From a virus (lineage: Duplodnaviria > Caudoviricetes), in the IMG/VR virus record IMGVR_UViG_3300023174_000219, positions 1 to 53,638 of that record: a DNA stretch of 53,638 bases. One strand, written 5' to 3'. This document shows positions 53,638 through 53,638 of the stretch, piece by piece. A program made the position numbers and the translations under genes. Position 1 is the first letter of the stretch. The number at the start of each line of letters is the position of its first letter. Under the pieces are notes generated by a model. It ran no database searches. It worked only from the letters and a program-made list of their open reading frames with translations, and was not told the DNA's origin.

Positions 53638-53638
53638 G

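Noticed and set aside
1-53638. Integrase/att site, diversity-generating retroelement or alternative genetic code
   Set aside because: No recombinase or reverse transcriptase ORF; long conserved genes read through under the standard code and all three stop codons are used.

Overview
This 53.6-kb, AT-rich, gene-dense window reads as part of a large tailed dsDNA phage genome, most likely one infecting Actinomycetota. The host inference rests on WhiB, an Lsr2-type RGR DNA-binding protein, an MSMEG_6728-like glycosylase and many leaderless genes; a low-GC host such as freshwater acI is possible but unproven. Layout: (i) 1-2.5 kb, short + strand early-type genes including an unannotated 49-aa Lsr2 AT-hook protein; (ii) about 2.5-3.06 kb, a non-coding convergence zone with four DnaA boxes and a repeated GGGCA-N11-TTACG motif; (iii) 3-22 kb, - strand accessory genes: a small-peptide operon with a shared AFPAxDVSxQG motif, two secreted surface proteins, thioredoxin, S8 protease, HslV/proteasome-beta-like peptidase, WhiB, FmdB, thermonuclease, Hsp20, CHAP endolysin, Dps and three tRNAs; (iv) 22-39 kb, terminase, a Nmad1/methyltransferase/GT25 block and a full replisome/recombination module (RuvC, Cas4-like nuclease, RecA, MazG-like, DnaE, SSB, primase, DnaB); (v) 39-53.6 kb, tail module ending in the tape-measure C-terminus. 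Best candidates for something undescribed are a riboswitch-like structured leader that sequesters the ribosome-binding site of the nuclease gene (19593-19697), the self-contained small-peptide operon (7096-7956), and the DnaA-box/bipartite-motif control region beside the truncated Lsr2. All family calls are from motif recognition by eye; no searches were run.
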